Below, one piece after another: positions 52,979-61,283 of a stretch of DNA of 64,000 nt. The stretch is from an uncultured Terriglobales bacterium (GTDB lineage Bacteria; Acidobacteriota; Terriglobia; Terriglobales; Acidobacteriaceae). Every line of letters begins with the position of its first letter. Position 1 is the stretch's first letter. Made by a program: the position numbers and the translations under genes. The stretch covers positions 1,377-65,376 of the forward strand of contig CAYWSH010000002.1 in the NCBI GenBank assembly GCA_964460655.1. The letters are read 5' to 3'. Below the pieces are notes generated by a model. It worked only from the letters and a program-made list of their open reading frames with translations, did no database searches and was not told where the DNA came from.

Positions 52979-54502
52979 GTGCCAGAGCCACACTCATCAT
53001 CGTCGAATAACGCTGCGACGTCGCTCAGCGTCCTCGTTCCCGTTTACAACGAGCAGTTCCTGGTGGCCGCGAGTCTCACGCGGTTGAAGACGCTCGCGGC
53101 CTCGTCGCTGCTCGAGCGCATCCAGGTCATCGTGGTGGACGACTGCTCGCGCGATGAGACGCCCGTCGCGCTCGCCCGCTTCCGCGCGTCCGTCGAAGAG
53201 ACGCCGTTGCGCAAGGTCGAATGGGAATTCCATCGCCACGAACGCAATCAGGGCAAAGGCGGCGCCGTCCGCACAGCGATCGAGCGGGCGGAGTGCGAAC
53301 TTACCGTTATCCACGACGCCGACCTCGAATATCACCCGGCGGACTTGCTGAAAATGGTCCCACTCTTCCTGGAGGAAGGCGCCGACGCCGTGTTCGGCTC
53401 GCGCTTCCTCGCCGGCGAGTTCCGGCGCACGCTTTTCTTCAAGCACGAGCTCGGCAACAAGCTGCTGACGTTCCTGTGCGACCTGGCGTGCGACCTCAAC
53501 CTCTCCGACATGGAGACTTGTTACAAGATGGTTCGCACCGATCTGTTGCGCTCCATCCCACTCGTCAGCCGCGACTTCCGCATCGAGCCGGAGCTCACCA
53601 TCAAGCTGGCGAAGCGTGGCGCGCGCGTGTATGAGGTGCCGATCCGCTACAGCGGCCGCACGTATCAGGAAGGGAAGAAAATCCGCTGGACCGACGGTGT
53701 CAAGGCGTTGGGCGCCATCCTGCGGTTCCGGCTATCCGACCGCATCTTCAAGCCCGATCAGTACGGCTCCGAGCTTTCGCCGCGCCTGGCGCGTGCGCCG
53801 CGCTACACCGGTTGGCTGGCTGATGTCGTACGTCCGCATCTTGGCCAGCATGTGCTCGAGCTCGGCGCGGGCGTCGGGCATCTGACGCTCTCGCTGGTCC
53901 CGCGCACCGAGTACTGCGTCGCCGATCCGAATCCGCTGTTCGTGCGCGAGCTGCGCAAACTCGATGACACGCGCCCGTACCTGCGCGCCGAGCAGCTCGA
54001 TCCCGCCGCCGTGCAGCAGATCGCGCCGCCGGGATCGTTCGATACGGTCCTGTTGCAGAACGTGCTCGAGCACGTAGAAGACGATGCGGCAGTGATGCAG
54101 CGTGTGTTCGCTGTGCTGCAGCCCGGTGGGCGCACCGTCGTGCTCCTGCCGAAAGGGAAGCACCTTTTCGGTTCGCTCGATCGCGTCCTCGGCCATCGTC
54201 GGCGCTACACGCGCGCCGACGTGGCACGACTGGCGGGAGCTGCTGGATTCCGCGTGTTGAGCATTCGCGGCTTCAATCGCACGGGCTCGCTCGGTTGGTG
54301 GACGAACGCGCGCCTGCTCCGCCGCAAGACCTTCGGTCTGCTGCAGATCAAGCTGCTGAACCTGCTCGTGCCGTTGTTGCGGCGGCTGGAGTGGTTGCCG
54401 CTTCCGCCTTTGACGCTCTTGGCTGTGCTGGAGAAGCCGGTCGGTTCAGCGAAGCCTGCGGAGACGGTGCAACCCGCTACGACTGGTTCTCTGTTCGGGT
54501 GA
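52979..54502 (+). CDS. GT2 glycosyltransferase fused to a class I SAM-dependent methyltransferase
   Basis: N-half: LSVLVPVYNE, VVDDCSRDET, HDADLEY (DxD). C-half: VLELGAGVGHL, FDTVLLQNVLEHVEDD, LQPGGRTVVLLP. Confidence 0.8.
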   Translation: MPEPHSSSSNNAATSLSVLVPVYNEQFLVAASLTRLKTLAASSLLERIQVIVVDDCSRDETPVALARFRASVEETPLRKVEWEFHRHERNQGKGGAVRTAIERAECELTVIHDADLEYHPADLLKMVPLFLEEGADAVFGSRFLAGEFRRTLFFKHELGNKLLTFLCDLACDLNLSDMETCYKMVRTDLLRSIPLVSRDFRIEPELTIKLAKRGARVYEVPIRYSGRTYQEGKKIRWTDGVKALGAILRFRLSDRIFKPDQYGSELSPRLARAPRYTGWLADVVRPHLGQHVLELGAGVGHLTLSLVPRTEYCVADPNPLFVRELRKLDDTRPYLRAEQLDPAAVQQIAPPGSFDTVLLQNVLEHVEDDAAVMQRVFAVLQPGGRTVVLLPKGKHLFGSLDRVLGHRRRYTRADVARLAGAAGFRVLSIRGFNRTGSLGWWTNARLLRRKTFGLLQIKLLNLLVPLLRRLEWLPLPPLTLLAVLEKPVGSAKPAETVQPATTGSLFG

Positions 54503-54506
54503 TCTT

Positions 54507-55529
54507 CTAGGCTCTCGATGACAACGTCTGCTCGCGCCGCGTGTAGTGCCGTTCGTAGTAGGCGCGGTACTCGCCACCGCGCGCCTCCGCCAGCCACTCT
54601 GCGTTCTCGCGATACCACGCGATCGTGGTCGCCAGGCCTTCGCCGAACGAGATGCGCGGAGTCCAGCCCAGTTCCGCTTTGATCTTGCCGCAATCGAGCG
54701 CGTACCGGCGGTCGTGTCGCGGGCGGTCGGCGACCGATTCGATCAGCGATTCGGGGCGGTCGACGGCGCGCGCAATGTATTGCGCGACTTCGCGGTTCGT
54801 GATCTCGGCTCCGCCGCCCACGTTGTAGGCCTCGCCCGTGCGTCCTTGCTCGAGCAACAGCAGGAGCGCGCGGCAGCAATCCTCTACGTGCAGCCAGTCG
54901 CGCACTTGCAGGCCATCGCCATAGAGCGGCAAGGGCTGGCCGTCGAGCGCCTGCGCGATCATCAGCGGGATGAATTTCTCGGGAAACTGATACGGCCCGT
55001 AATTATTCGAACAGCGTGCGATCACGGCAGGGAAGCCATGGGTTGCCACAAACTCGTGCACCAACCGGTCAGCCTCTGCCTTGCTCTGCGCATAGGGGCT
55101 GGTGGGCGCGAAGGGCGCGCGTTCATCCGCGCGTCCCGCGGCGATCGGGCCGTAGATCTCGTCGGTGCTCACGTGCAGGAAGCGTTGCACACCGCAGCGC
55201 TGCGCCACCGCCAGCAGATTGCTCGTGCCTTCCAGGTTAGTGCGGAAGAATGGCTCGTCATCTTCGAGGCTGCGGTCCACGTGCGTCTCGGCCGCGAGGT
55301 GGGCCACGGCATCGCATTCGCCCAGGACGTCGCCGATCGCCGCGTCGCAGATATCGAGGCGCACGAAGCGAAAACGCTCGTCAGTGCGGCAAGGGTCGAG
55401 ATTGCGCAGGTTGCCCGCGTACGTCAGCTTGTCGATGACGGTGACGCGCCAGCCCGTGCGCTCGCGCAGGACGTGCTGTACGAAGTTGGCGCCGATGAAA
55501 CCTGCGCCCCCCGTTACGGCCAGCCTCAT
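54507..55529 (-). CDS. rfbB: dTDP-glucose 4,6-dehydratase
   Basis: ORF 54507..55640 trimmed to MRLAVTGGAGFIGANF (ATGA overlap with the rfbA stop). SPYAQSKAEAD (YxxxK). Last gene of the rml cluster. Confidence 0.9.
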   Translation of the reverse strand: MRLAVTGGAGFIGANFVQHVLRERTGWRVTVIDKLTYAGNLRNLDPCRTDERFRFVRLDICDAAIGDVLGECDAVAHLAAETHVDRSLEDDEPFFRTNLEGTSNLLAVAQRCGVQRFLHVSTDEIYGPIAAGRADERAPFAPTSPYAQSKAEADRLVHEFVATHGFPAVIARCSNNYGPYQFPEKFIPLMIAQALDGQPLPLYGDGLQVRDWLHVEDCCRALLLLLEQGRTGEAYNVGGGAEITNREVAQYIARAVDRPESLIESVADRPRHDRRYALDCGKIKAELGWTPRISFGEGLATTIAWYRENAEWLAEARGGEYRAYYERHYTRREQTLSSRA

Positions 55530-56290
55530 CGGCCGATCTCCGCCGCTGCCTGCAGCGACGCGGCGAACTGCGCCTCGCGCTTGGCGCGCACCAGCGTCGA
55601 GGCGCGATACAGCGATTCGAATGTGCCGGCGTCGCTCCACCAGCCTTCCAGGATGCTGTGCTCCAGGTTGCCTTCGGCGAGGTACGAGTTGTTCACGTCG
55701 GTGATCTCGTACTCCTGCCGTCCGGAAGGTTTCAGCGCGCGGATCCGGCTGAACACGCTGGCGTCGTAGAAGTACACGCCGACCACGGCATAGGGCGACG
55801 CCGGTTTCGTCGGTTTTTCCTCTATCCGCACCAGCCGGTCGCGGCTGAAGACCGGCACTCCGAAGCGCTGCGGATCGGGCACCTCTTTGAGCAAGATGCG
55901 CGCGCCGGCTTCCTGCTGCTCGAATGCCGCCTTCGGTTCGCGGATGCTGCCCTCGAGGATGTTGTCCCCGAGTGCGACGCAGATCTTTTCGCCGCGCGCG
56001 AAATACTCTGCCAGGCGCAGCGCGTCGGCGATGCCCGCCTCGCCCTCCTGATACGCGAAGTCGAGTTGCTGCAGGCCAAAGTCTTTGCCGTTGCGCAGCA
56101 GGCGCAGGAAGTCGCCGGCGTTGTTGCCGCCGGTGACGATCAGGATGTCGCGAATGCCCGCCTCGACCAGCGTTTCCAGCGGGTAGTAGATCATCGGCCG
56201 GTCATAGACCGGCAGCAGGTGCTTGTTGGTGACTCGCGTCAGCGGATACAAGCGCGAACCCGTGCCGCCTGCGAGGATGACGCCCCTCAT
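55526..56290 (-). CDS. rfbA: Glucose-1-phosphate thymidylyltransferase (short form)
   Basis: MRGVILAGGTGSRLYPLTRVTNKHLLPVYDRPMIYYPLETL. Confidence 0.85.
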   Translation of the reverse strand: MRGVILAGGTGSRLYPLTRVTNKHLLPVYDRPMIYYPLETLVEAGIRDILIVTGGNNAGDFLRLLRNGKDFGLQQLDFAYQEGEAGIADALRLAEYFARGEKICVALGDNILEGSIREPKAAFEQQEAGARILLKEVPDPQRFGVPVFSRDRLVRIEEKPTKPASPYAVVGVYFYDASVFSRIRALKPSGRQEYEITDVNNSYLAEGNLEHSILEGWWSDAGTFESLYRASTLVRAKREAQFAASLQAAAEIGR

Positions 56291-57165
56291 GCGGTCACCT
56301 TCGCGCGCTGCGGCGCTTCATGCTGCACCAGCGCGACGTACTCGCGCAGCGCTTCCTGCCAGGGCCGCATGCGGATGCCGAGCTGCTCGATCGACCGCAG
56401 CGAGAGCACCGAATTGCGCGGCCGCGGCGCCTTCCACGGTAGATCGGCCATGCGCTGCGGAACCACGCGCACGTCTTCGATGCCGGCGGCGCGCAGCGTC
56501 TCGACCGCAATGTCGTACCACGATGCTTTGCCGGCGTTGGTCACGTGCAACACTCCGGGCGCGCCCGCATCGATCAGTTTCATCAACGTGGCAGCGGCAT
56601 CAGGAGCGAAGGTCGGGGTGGAGAATTTGTCGGCGATAGCCGGTATCTCAGGTTGTGTGGTCGCTTGCGCGAGCACACGGTCGGGGAACGCCTTTGGCTT
56701 CGAGTGCTGCCCGAAGACCCAAGCCACGCGCACCACCATCGCGTCCTGCAGCGTCGCGAGCACGCGGTCTTCACCTTCGGACTTTGTCCGCGGATATTGC
56801 GCCAGCGGCCGCTTCACGTCGTCGACCTCGTAGGACGTGTCTTTTTCGCCGTCAAAAACGTAATCAGTCGAAATGTGCACCAGCCGTGAGCCTTGTTCAC
56901 CACACGCGCGCGCCACGTTTTCCGCGCCGAGCGCGTTCACCGCGAAAGCCGTCTCCGGATCGCGCTCGCACGCCTCCACGTCGGTCACGGCTGCTGTCAA
57001 CACCGTGACTTCCGGTCTCACTCGTGCCAGGAGAGTGCGCACCGCCGCAGCGTCGCGGATATCGCAATCGCGCGAGCCGGTACCGGTGACCTCGTGCCCG
57101 GGTGACCACGTACGCACCAGGTTACCGCCGAGCAAACCAGTCGCGCCGATGACAAGGATGCGCAT
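56287..57165 (-). CDS. rfbD: dTDP-4-dehydrorhamnose reductase
   Basis: MRILVIGATGLLGGNL, STDYVFDG, YPRTKSEGE. ATGA overlap with rfbA. Confidence 0.85.
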   Translation of the reverse strand: MRILVIGATGLLGGNLVRTWSPGHEVTGTGSRDCDIRDAAAVRTLLARVRPEVTVLTAAVTDVEACERDPETAFAVNALGAENVARACGEQGSRLVHISTDYVFDGEKDTSYEVDDVKRPLAQYPRTKSEGEDRVLATLQDAMVVRVAWVFGQHSKPKAFPDRVLAQATTQPEIPAIADKFSTPTFAPDAAATLMKLIDAGAPGVLHVTNAGKASWYDIAVETLRAAGIEDVRVVPQRMADLPWKAPRPRNSVLSLRSIEQLGIRMRPWQEALREYVALVQHEAPQRAKVTA

Positions 57166-57217
57166 AGGCGAACCGCCATGATACCCGGAAACCAGCCAGA
57201 ATCGCGGCTTTCGCGAG

Positions 57218-57775
57218 CTACACCTGCGGCAGATCCGTCGCCTTGATCTCCCGCAAGCGCGGCTGCTTGCGGTCCTTCGGGCTGAGCAGCGGCGTCGTCA
57301 CGGGCCAGACGATGCCGACATCGGGATCGTCCCACGCGAGCCCGAGTTGGTCGCTGGGGTCGTAGAAGCGCGTCGTTTTGTAAATGACGTCGGCCTCGTC
57401 GCTCAGCACGCAGAAGCCGTGCGCGAAGCCGGCAGGTACATAGATCTGTGCCGGTCGCTGGCCGCAAAGGTTGACGCCAGTCCATTTTCCGAACGTGGGC
57501 GAGCCGGTCCGGACATCCACCGCAACGTCAAACACCTCGCCGCGCAGCACGCAGAACAACTTCGCCTGCGGGTGGCGCGCCTGATAGTGCAGACCGCGGA
57601 GCGTGTGCCGAACCGAGTGCGAGTGGTTGTCCTGTACGAAGCCATCCGGGATCCCCAACTCGGCGAAGCGTTCTTTCTGGTAGCTCTCCAGCAGGAAGCC
57701 GCGTTCGTCGCTCATGACGTCGAGTTCGATGAGGCAGAAACCAGGCAGGTCGAGATCGATTCGGCGCACGCACAA
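57218..57775 (-). CDS. rfbC: dTDP-4-dehydrorhamnose 3,5-epimerase
   Basis: DERGFLLESYQ, LRGLHYQ, KLFCVLRGEVFDVAVDVR, GFAHGFCVLSDEADVIYK. TTG start (GTG at 57769 is an alternative). Confidence 0.9.
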   Translation of the reverse strand: MCVRRIDLDLPGFCLIELDVMSDERGFLLESYQKERFAELGIPDGFVQDNHSHSVRHTLRGLHYQARHPQAKLFCVLRGEVFDVAVDVRTGSPTFGKWTGVNLCGQRPAQIYVPAGFAHGFCVLSDEADVIYKTTRFYDPSDQLGLAWDDPDVGIVWPVTTPLLSPKDRKQPRLREIKATDLPQV

Positions 57776-57848
57776 GAGTACCTCAGCCGCCTACTTGTTC
57801 AATTCCCTATTGCCACTGAGTTACTATGCGCAACCTGGGAATCGAGAG

Positions 57849-58799
57849 ATGGCGAAGCCTTACACGATTAGGATCTTTATTGCTGACGGCGATCCCGATG
57901 GTCTCAAGGTCGTGGATCAAATGAATTGGACGGGCAAGGCACTTGCCTTTCCCCGCCACAAGTGGCCGGACGTTCGTAACCGCAAGGAGTTCTGGAGCGC
58001 CGGTGCGGCAGTTTATGTTCTGTTGGGTTACGCAGCAGACGAAGATCCAGTGCCGCGCATTTATGTGGGCCAGGGAGATGTTGTTGGCGATCGACTCGAC
58101 GAACATATTAAGAACAAGAAATTCTGGGAGCGAGGCGTTGTTTTCGTCTCTACAAATTCAGGACTTAATAAGGCCCACACAACTTGGCTCGAACATGCGC
58201 TTGTGAAACGTGCAGTTCAGGCAAACGGTTGCTTACTGGACAACGCGACTGAACCGAAGGAGCCCCCACTTAGCGAGCCAGAGCGGGCCGACACGGAAGC
58301 GTTCTTTGCGGAAGTTCTGCGGATCTTACCCGTACTTGGAATTCACGCCTTCGAGATTTCATCCAAGCCTGTATCTATTAATGCTGAGGCGACGAAACCC
58401 AGTCCCCAGCCGGCGGCCTCCGACGAAATTGATACGGTTGTTGTTCCCGCTTACGAGGAGGGTTTTAAGAAGGTCTTCCTCGGCCAAAACTGCTGGTACG
58501 AGATTCGAATCGCTTCAGAGAGGCTGGACAAGATCAAGTACATCGCCGCATATCAGACGTGGCCGGTTTGCTCGATAACGCACTTTGCTTCTGTACATCA
58601 CATTGAGCCATACGGTGATTCCGGGAAGTACAAGCTCGTCTTCGCTGAGCCTGCGCAACCCTTGCCGTCTCCTGTCCCCTTTGGCGACGCGCCACAAGGA
58701 TCGATGCAGGGAATTCGCTACACGACGCTTAAGCGACTAAAGGCTGCGAAGCAGGTTACGGATCTGAGCGCTAAGTCCGTTGCGACTACGGCGAACTGA
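57849..58799 (+). CDS. GIY-YIG-nuclease-like protein with an unassigned C-terminal domain, in a lower-GC segment
   Basis: ORF 57714..58799 trimmed to MAKPYTIRIFIADGDPDGLKVVDQMNWTGKALAFPR... Central VYVLLG..RIYVGQGDVVGDRLDEHIKNKKFWERGVVFVS..LNKAHTTWLEHAL resembles the stand-alone GIY-YIG family that starts ..I.IFLPDGDP.G... The DNA here is visibly AT-richer than its flanks. Confidence 0.65.
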   Translation: MAKPYTIRIFIADGDPDGLKVVDQMNWTGKALAFPRHKWPDVRNRKEFWSAGAAVYVLLGYAADEDPVPRIYVGQGDVVGDRLDEHIKNKKFWERGVVFVSTNSGLNKAHTTWLEHALVKRAVQANGCLLDNATEPKEPPLSEPERADTEAFFAEVLRILPVLGIHAFEISSKPVSINAEATKPSPQPAASDEIDTVVVPAYEEGFKKVFLGQNCWYEIRIASERLDKIKYIAAYQTWPVCSITHFASVHHIEPYGDSGKYKLVFAEPAQPLPSPVPFGDAPQGSMQGIRYTTLKRLKAAKQVTDLSAKSVATTAN

Positions 58800-58867
58800 G
58801 TGCGCCCTCATCAACAGAAGCAGTTTAGGGTGCACGCCTTACGCGGAAACCCGCTCAGAATCAACGG

Positions 58868-58882
58868 TTTTGATGCTATGAT
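58868..58882 (+). promoter_or_regulatory. Candidate promoter; second copy of TTTTGATGCTATGAT (extended -10-like)
   Basis: Identical to 24268..24282. It lies 30 nt upstream of the ATG at 58912. Confidence 0.45.
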
Positions 58883-58911
58883 ATCAGCGCAACACTTCCA
58901 CGAAAAACCTC

Positions 58912-60267
58912 ATGGGCACTCTTCCGAAAACAGCACCCGCCAGTTCTGTCTCTGAGTTCCAAGCCAAGATCGAGGCGCGCACCGCGCGGATCGGCATCAT
59001 CGGTCTGGGCTACGTCGGCCTGCCGCTCGGCCTGCTCTACAGCGCGCAGAAGTTCAAGATCACCGGCTTCGACATCGACAAGAAGAAGGTCGACACACTT
59101 AACGCCGGCGGTTCTTACATCTTCCGCATCACGAAAGATGAGATCGCCGATGCGCGCAAGGAAGGCTTCGCCGCGACAGCCGATTACGCCAACATCTCGC
59201 AGATGGACGCGATCATCATCTGCGTGCCGACGCCGCTCGACGAGCACCACGAGCCTGACCTGAGCTTCATCGTCAATACGGCGGAGAACATCGCGCCGCA
59301 TCTGCGCGCGGGGCAACTCGTTGTACTGGAGAGCACGACGTATCCGGGCACGACCGAAGAAGTCATGGTGCCGATCCTGGAGAAGACCGGCCTGAAGGCT
59401 GCGCGCAACGGCTCGAGCGGCGCCAACGAGTTTTTCGTCGCCTTCTCACCCGAGCGTGAGGACCCGGGCAATGACACCGTGGCGCGCCACGACATCCCCA
59501 AAGTCGTCGGCGGGCTCGATACGCGGGCTTCGCAGATGGCGAGCGCGATGTACAACTCGATCTTCCGCCGCGTGGTGCCGGTCTCGTCGCCCGCAGCCGC
59601 GGAGATGACGAAGCTGCTGGAGAACATCTATCGCTGCGTGAACATCGCGCTGGTCAACGAGCTGAAGATGCTCTCGCTGCGCATGGGCATCGACATCTGG
59701 GAAGTGATCGACGCGGCCAAGACCAAGCCGTTCGGTTTCCAGGCGTTCTACCCCGGCCCCGGCCTCGGCGGGCATTGCATACCCATCGATCCGTTCTATC
59801 TTTCGTGGAAGGCGAAGCAGTACGACTTCCACACCAAGTTCATCGAGTTGGCCGGCGAAGTGAACGTCGCCATGCCGTATCACGTGGTGACGGCTGTCGC
59901 GCGCGCACTCAACCAGCACAAGAAGGCGATGAACGGCTCCAAGGTCCTGGTGCTCGGCGTCGCGTACAAGAAAGACATCGACGACCTGCGCGAATCGCCG
60001 GCGCTCACCATCATCGAGCAACTGCAGAAGGAGGGCGCGACGGTCAGCTACAACGATCCATACTTTGCCACCGTCGGACGCGGCCGCCACTACGACCTGC
60101 AGATGAAGAACACACCGCTCGAGAAGGTCGGCGAGTTCGATTGTGTCGTCATCGTCACGGACCACACCAGCTACGACTACCAGAAGATCGTGAACGAAGC
60201 GAAGCTGGTGGTCGATACGCGTGGCGCGACGCGCAAGCTCGAATCGCCCAAGATCGTGCGCTGCTGA
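58912..60267 (+). CDS. Nucleotide-sugar 6-dehydrogenase (UDP-GlcNAc/GalNAc dehydrogenase-like, WbpO/TviB group)
   Basis: IGIIGLGYVGLPLGL (NAD fold), ICVPTPL, catalytic GLGGHCIPIDP, VLGVAYKKDIDDLRESPA. The substrate assignment is inferred from its pairing with the next gene. Confidence 0.75.
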   Translation: MGTLPKTAPASSVSEFQAKIEARTARIGIIGLGYVGLPLGLLYSAQKFKITGFDIDKKKVDTLNAGGSYIFRITKDEIADARKEGFAATADYANISQMDAIIICVPTPLDEHHEPDLSFIVNTAENIAPHLRAGQLVVLESTTYPGTTEEVMVPILEKTGLKAARNGSSGANEFFVAFSPEREDPGNDTVARHDIPKVVGGLDTRASQMASAMYNSIFRRVVPVSSPAAAEMTKLLENIYRCVNIALVNELKMLSLRMGIDIWEVIDAAKTKPFGFQAFYPGPGLGGHCIPIDPFYLSWKAKQYDFHTKFIELAGEVNVAMPYHVVTAVARALNQHKKAMNGSKVLVLGVAYKKDIDDLRESPALTIIEQLQKEGATVSYNDPYFATVGRGRHYDLQMKNTPLEKVGEFDCVVIVTDHTSYDYQKIVNEAKLVVDTRGATRKLESPKIVRC

Positions 60268-61226
60268 TGGCTACTTACTGCATCACCGGCATCGGGGGCT
60301 TCATCGGCTCCTCGATCGCGCGTGAATTGCTGCGCCGCGGCGAGACCGTGCGCGGCATCGACGATTTCTCCACTGGCCGCCGCGAGAACCTTGCCGATAT
60401 CCGCGCGCAGCTCGACCTGCGCGAAGATTCTATCCTCGACGTCGCTGCGGTGAACGATGCCGTGAAGGGCGCGGACTACGTCCTGCACCAGGCGGCGATC
60501 CCGTCGGTCCCGCGCTCGGTCGCCGATCCTGTCGGCACGTGCACGGTGAACCTGCTCGGGACGCTGAATGTTCTGGTCGCGGCGCGCGACGCCAAGGTGA
60601 AGCGCGTAGTGTATGCCGCGTCGTCATCCGCCTATGGCGATACGCCGACTCTGCCGAAGTACGAAGCCATGACGCCGAACCCGATCTCGCCGTACGCGGT
60701 TGCGAAGCTCGGCGGCGAGCATTTCATGGTGTCGTTCTTCCGCTGCTACGGCCTGCCGACCGTGTGCTTGCGCTACTTCAACATCTTCGGCCCGCACCAG
60801 GACCCGAACTCGATGTACTCGGCCGTCTCAGCAAAGTTCATCACCCAGATGCTGAACGGCCAGACGCCCACCATCTTCGGTGACGGTGAGACCAGCCGCG
60901 ACTTCACCTACATTGACAATGCCGTCAGTGCGAACCTGCTGGCGTGCTCCGCGCCCGAAGAGAAAGTCGCCGGGCGCGTCTTTAACATCGCCACCGGTAC
61001 GCGTATCACGCTGAACGAGGTGTATGCGCAGCTGCAGCAGATCATCGGCTTCACGAAGCCGGCGAATTACGGGCCGTCACGTCCCGGCGATGTGAAGCAC
61101 TCTCTCGCCGACATCACGCAGGCGCAGGAGCGGCTCGGCTACAAGGTGCTCGTCCCGTTCGAAGAGGGTCTGCGCCGCACCGTGGCCTGGTACAAAGAAA
61201 GCGCCACGCACGCCGCCAAGGCGTGA
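60267..61226 (+). CDS. UDP-GlcNAc(A) C4-epimerase-like extended SDR (WbpP/TviC group)
   Basis: The ATG overlaps the upstream TGA (TGATG) inside ORF 59775..61226. CITGIGGFIGSS, HQAAIPSVPRS, SSSAYGD, SPYAVAKL (YxxxK), RYFNIFGPHQDP, GDGETSRDFTYIDN, GDVKHSLADI. It reads as close to my recollection of WbpP. Confidence 0.75.
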   Translation: MATYCITGIGGFIGSSIARELLRRGETVRGIDDFSTGRRENLADIRAQLDLREDSILDVAAVNDAVKGADYVLHQAAIPSVPRSVADPVGTCTVNLLGTLNVLVAARDAKVKRVVYAASSSAYGDTPTLPKYEAMTPNPISPYAVAKLGGEHFMVSFFRCYGLPTVCLRYFNIFGPHQDPNSMYSAVSAKFITQMLNGQTPTIFGDGETSRDFTYIDNAVSANLLACSAPEEKVAGRVFNIATGTRITLNEVYAQLQQIIGFTKPANYGPSRPGDVKHSLADITQAQERLGYKVLVPFEEGLRRTVAWYKESATHAAKA

Positions 61227-61283
61227 GCGTAACTTCGCGCTAGACGCCGCTTTTCCTTCACGCCATAATTCCGCTGGATTCTC

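Noticed and set aside
58800-58835. Stem-loop GTGCGCCCT-N18-AGGGTGCAC just after the GIY-YIG stop as an intrinsic terminator.
   Set aside because: The loop is 18 nt, the stem contains a G-U pair, and no U-tract follows.
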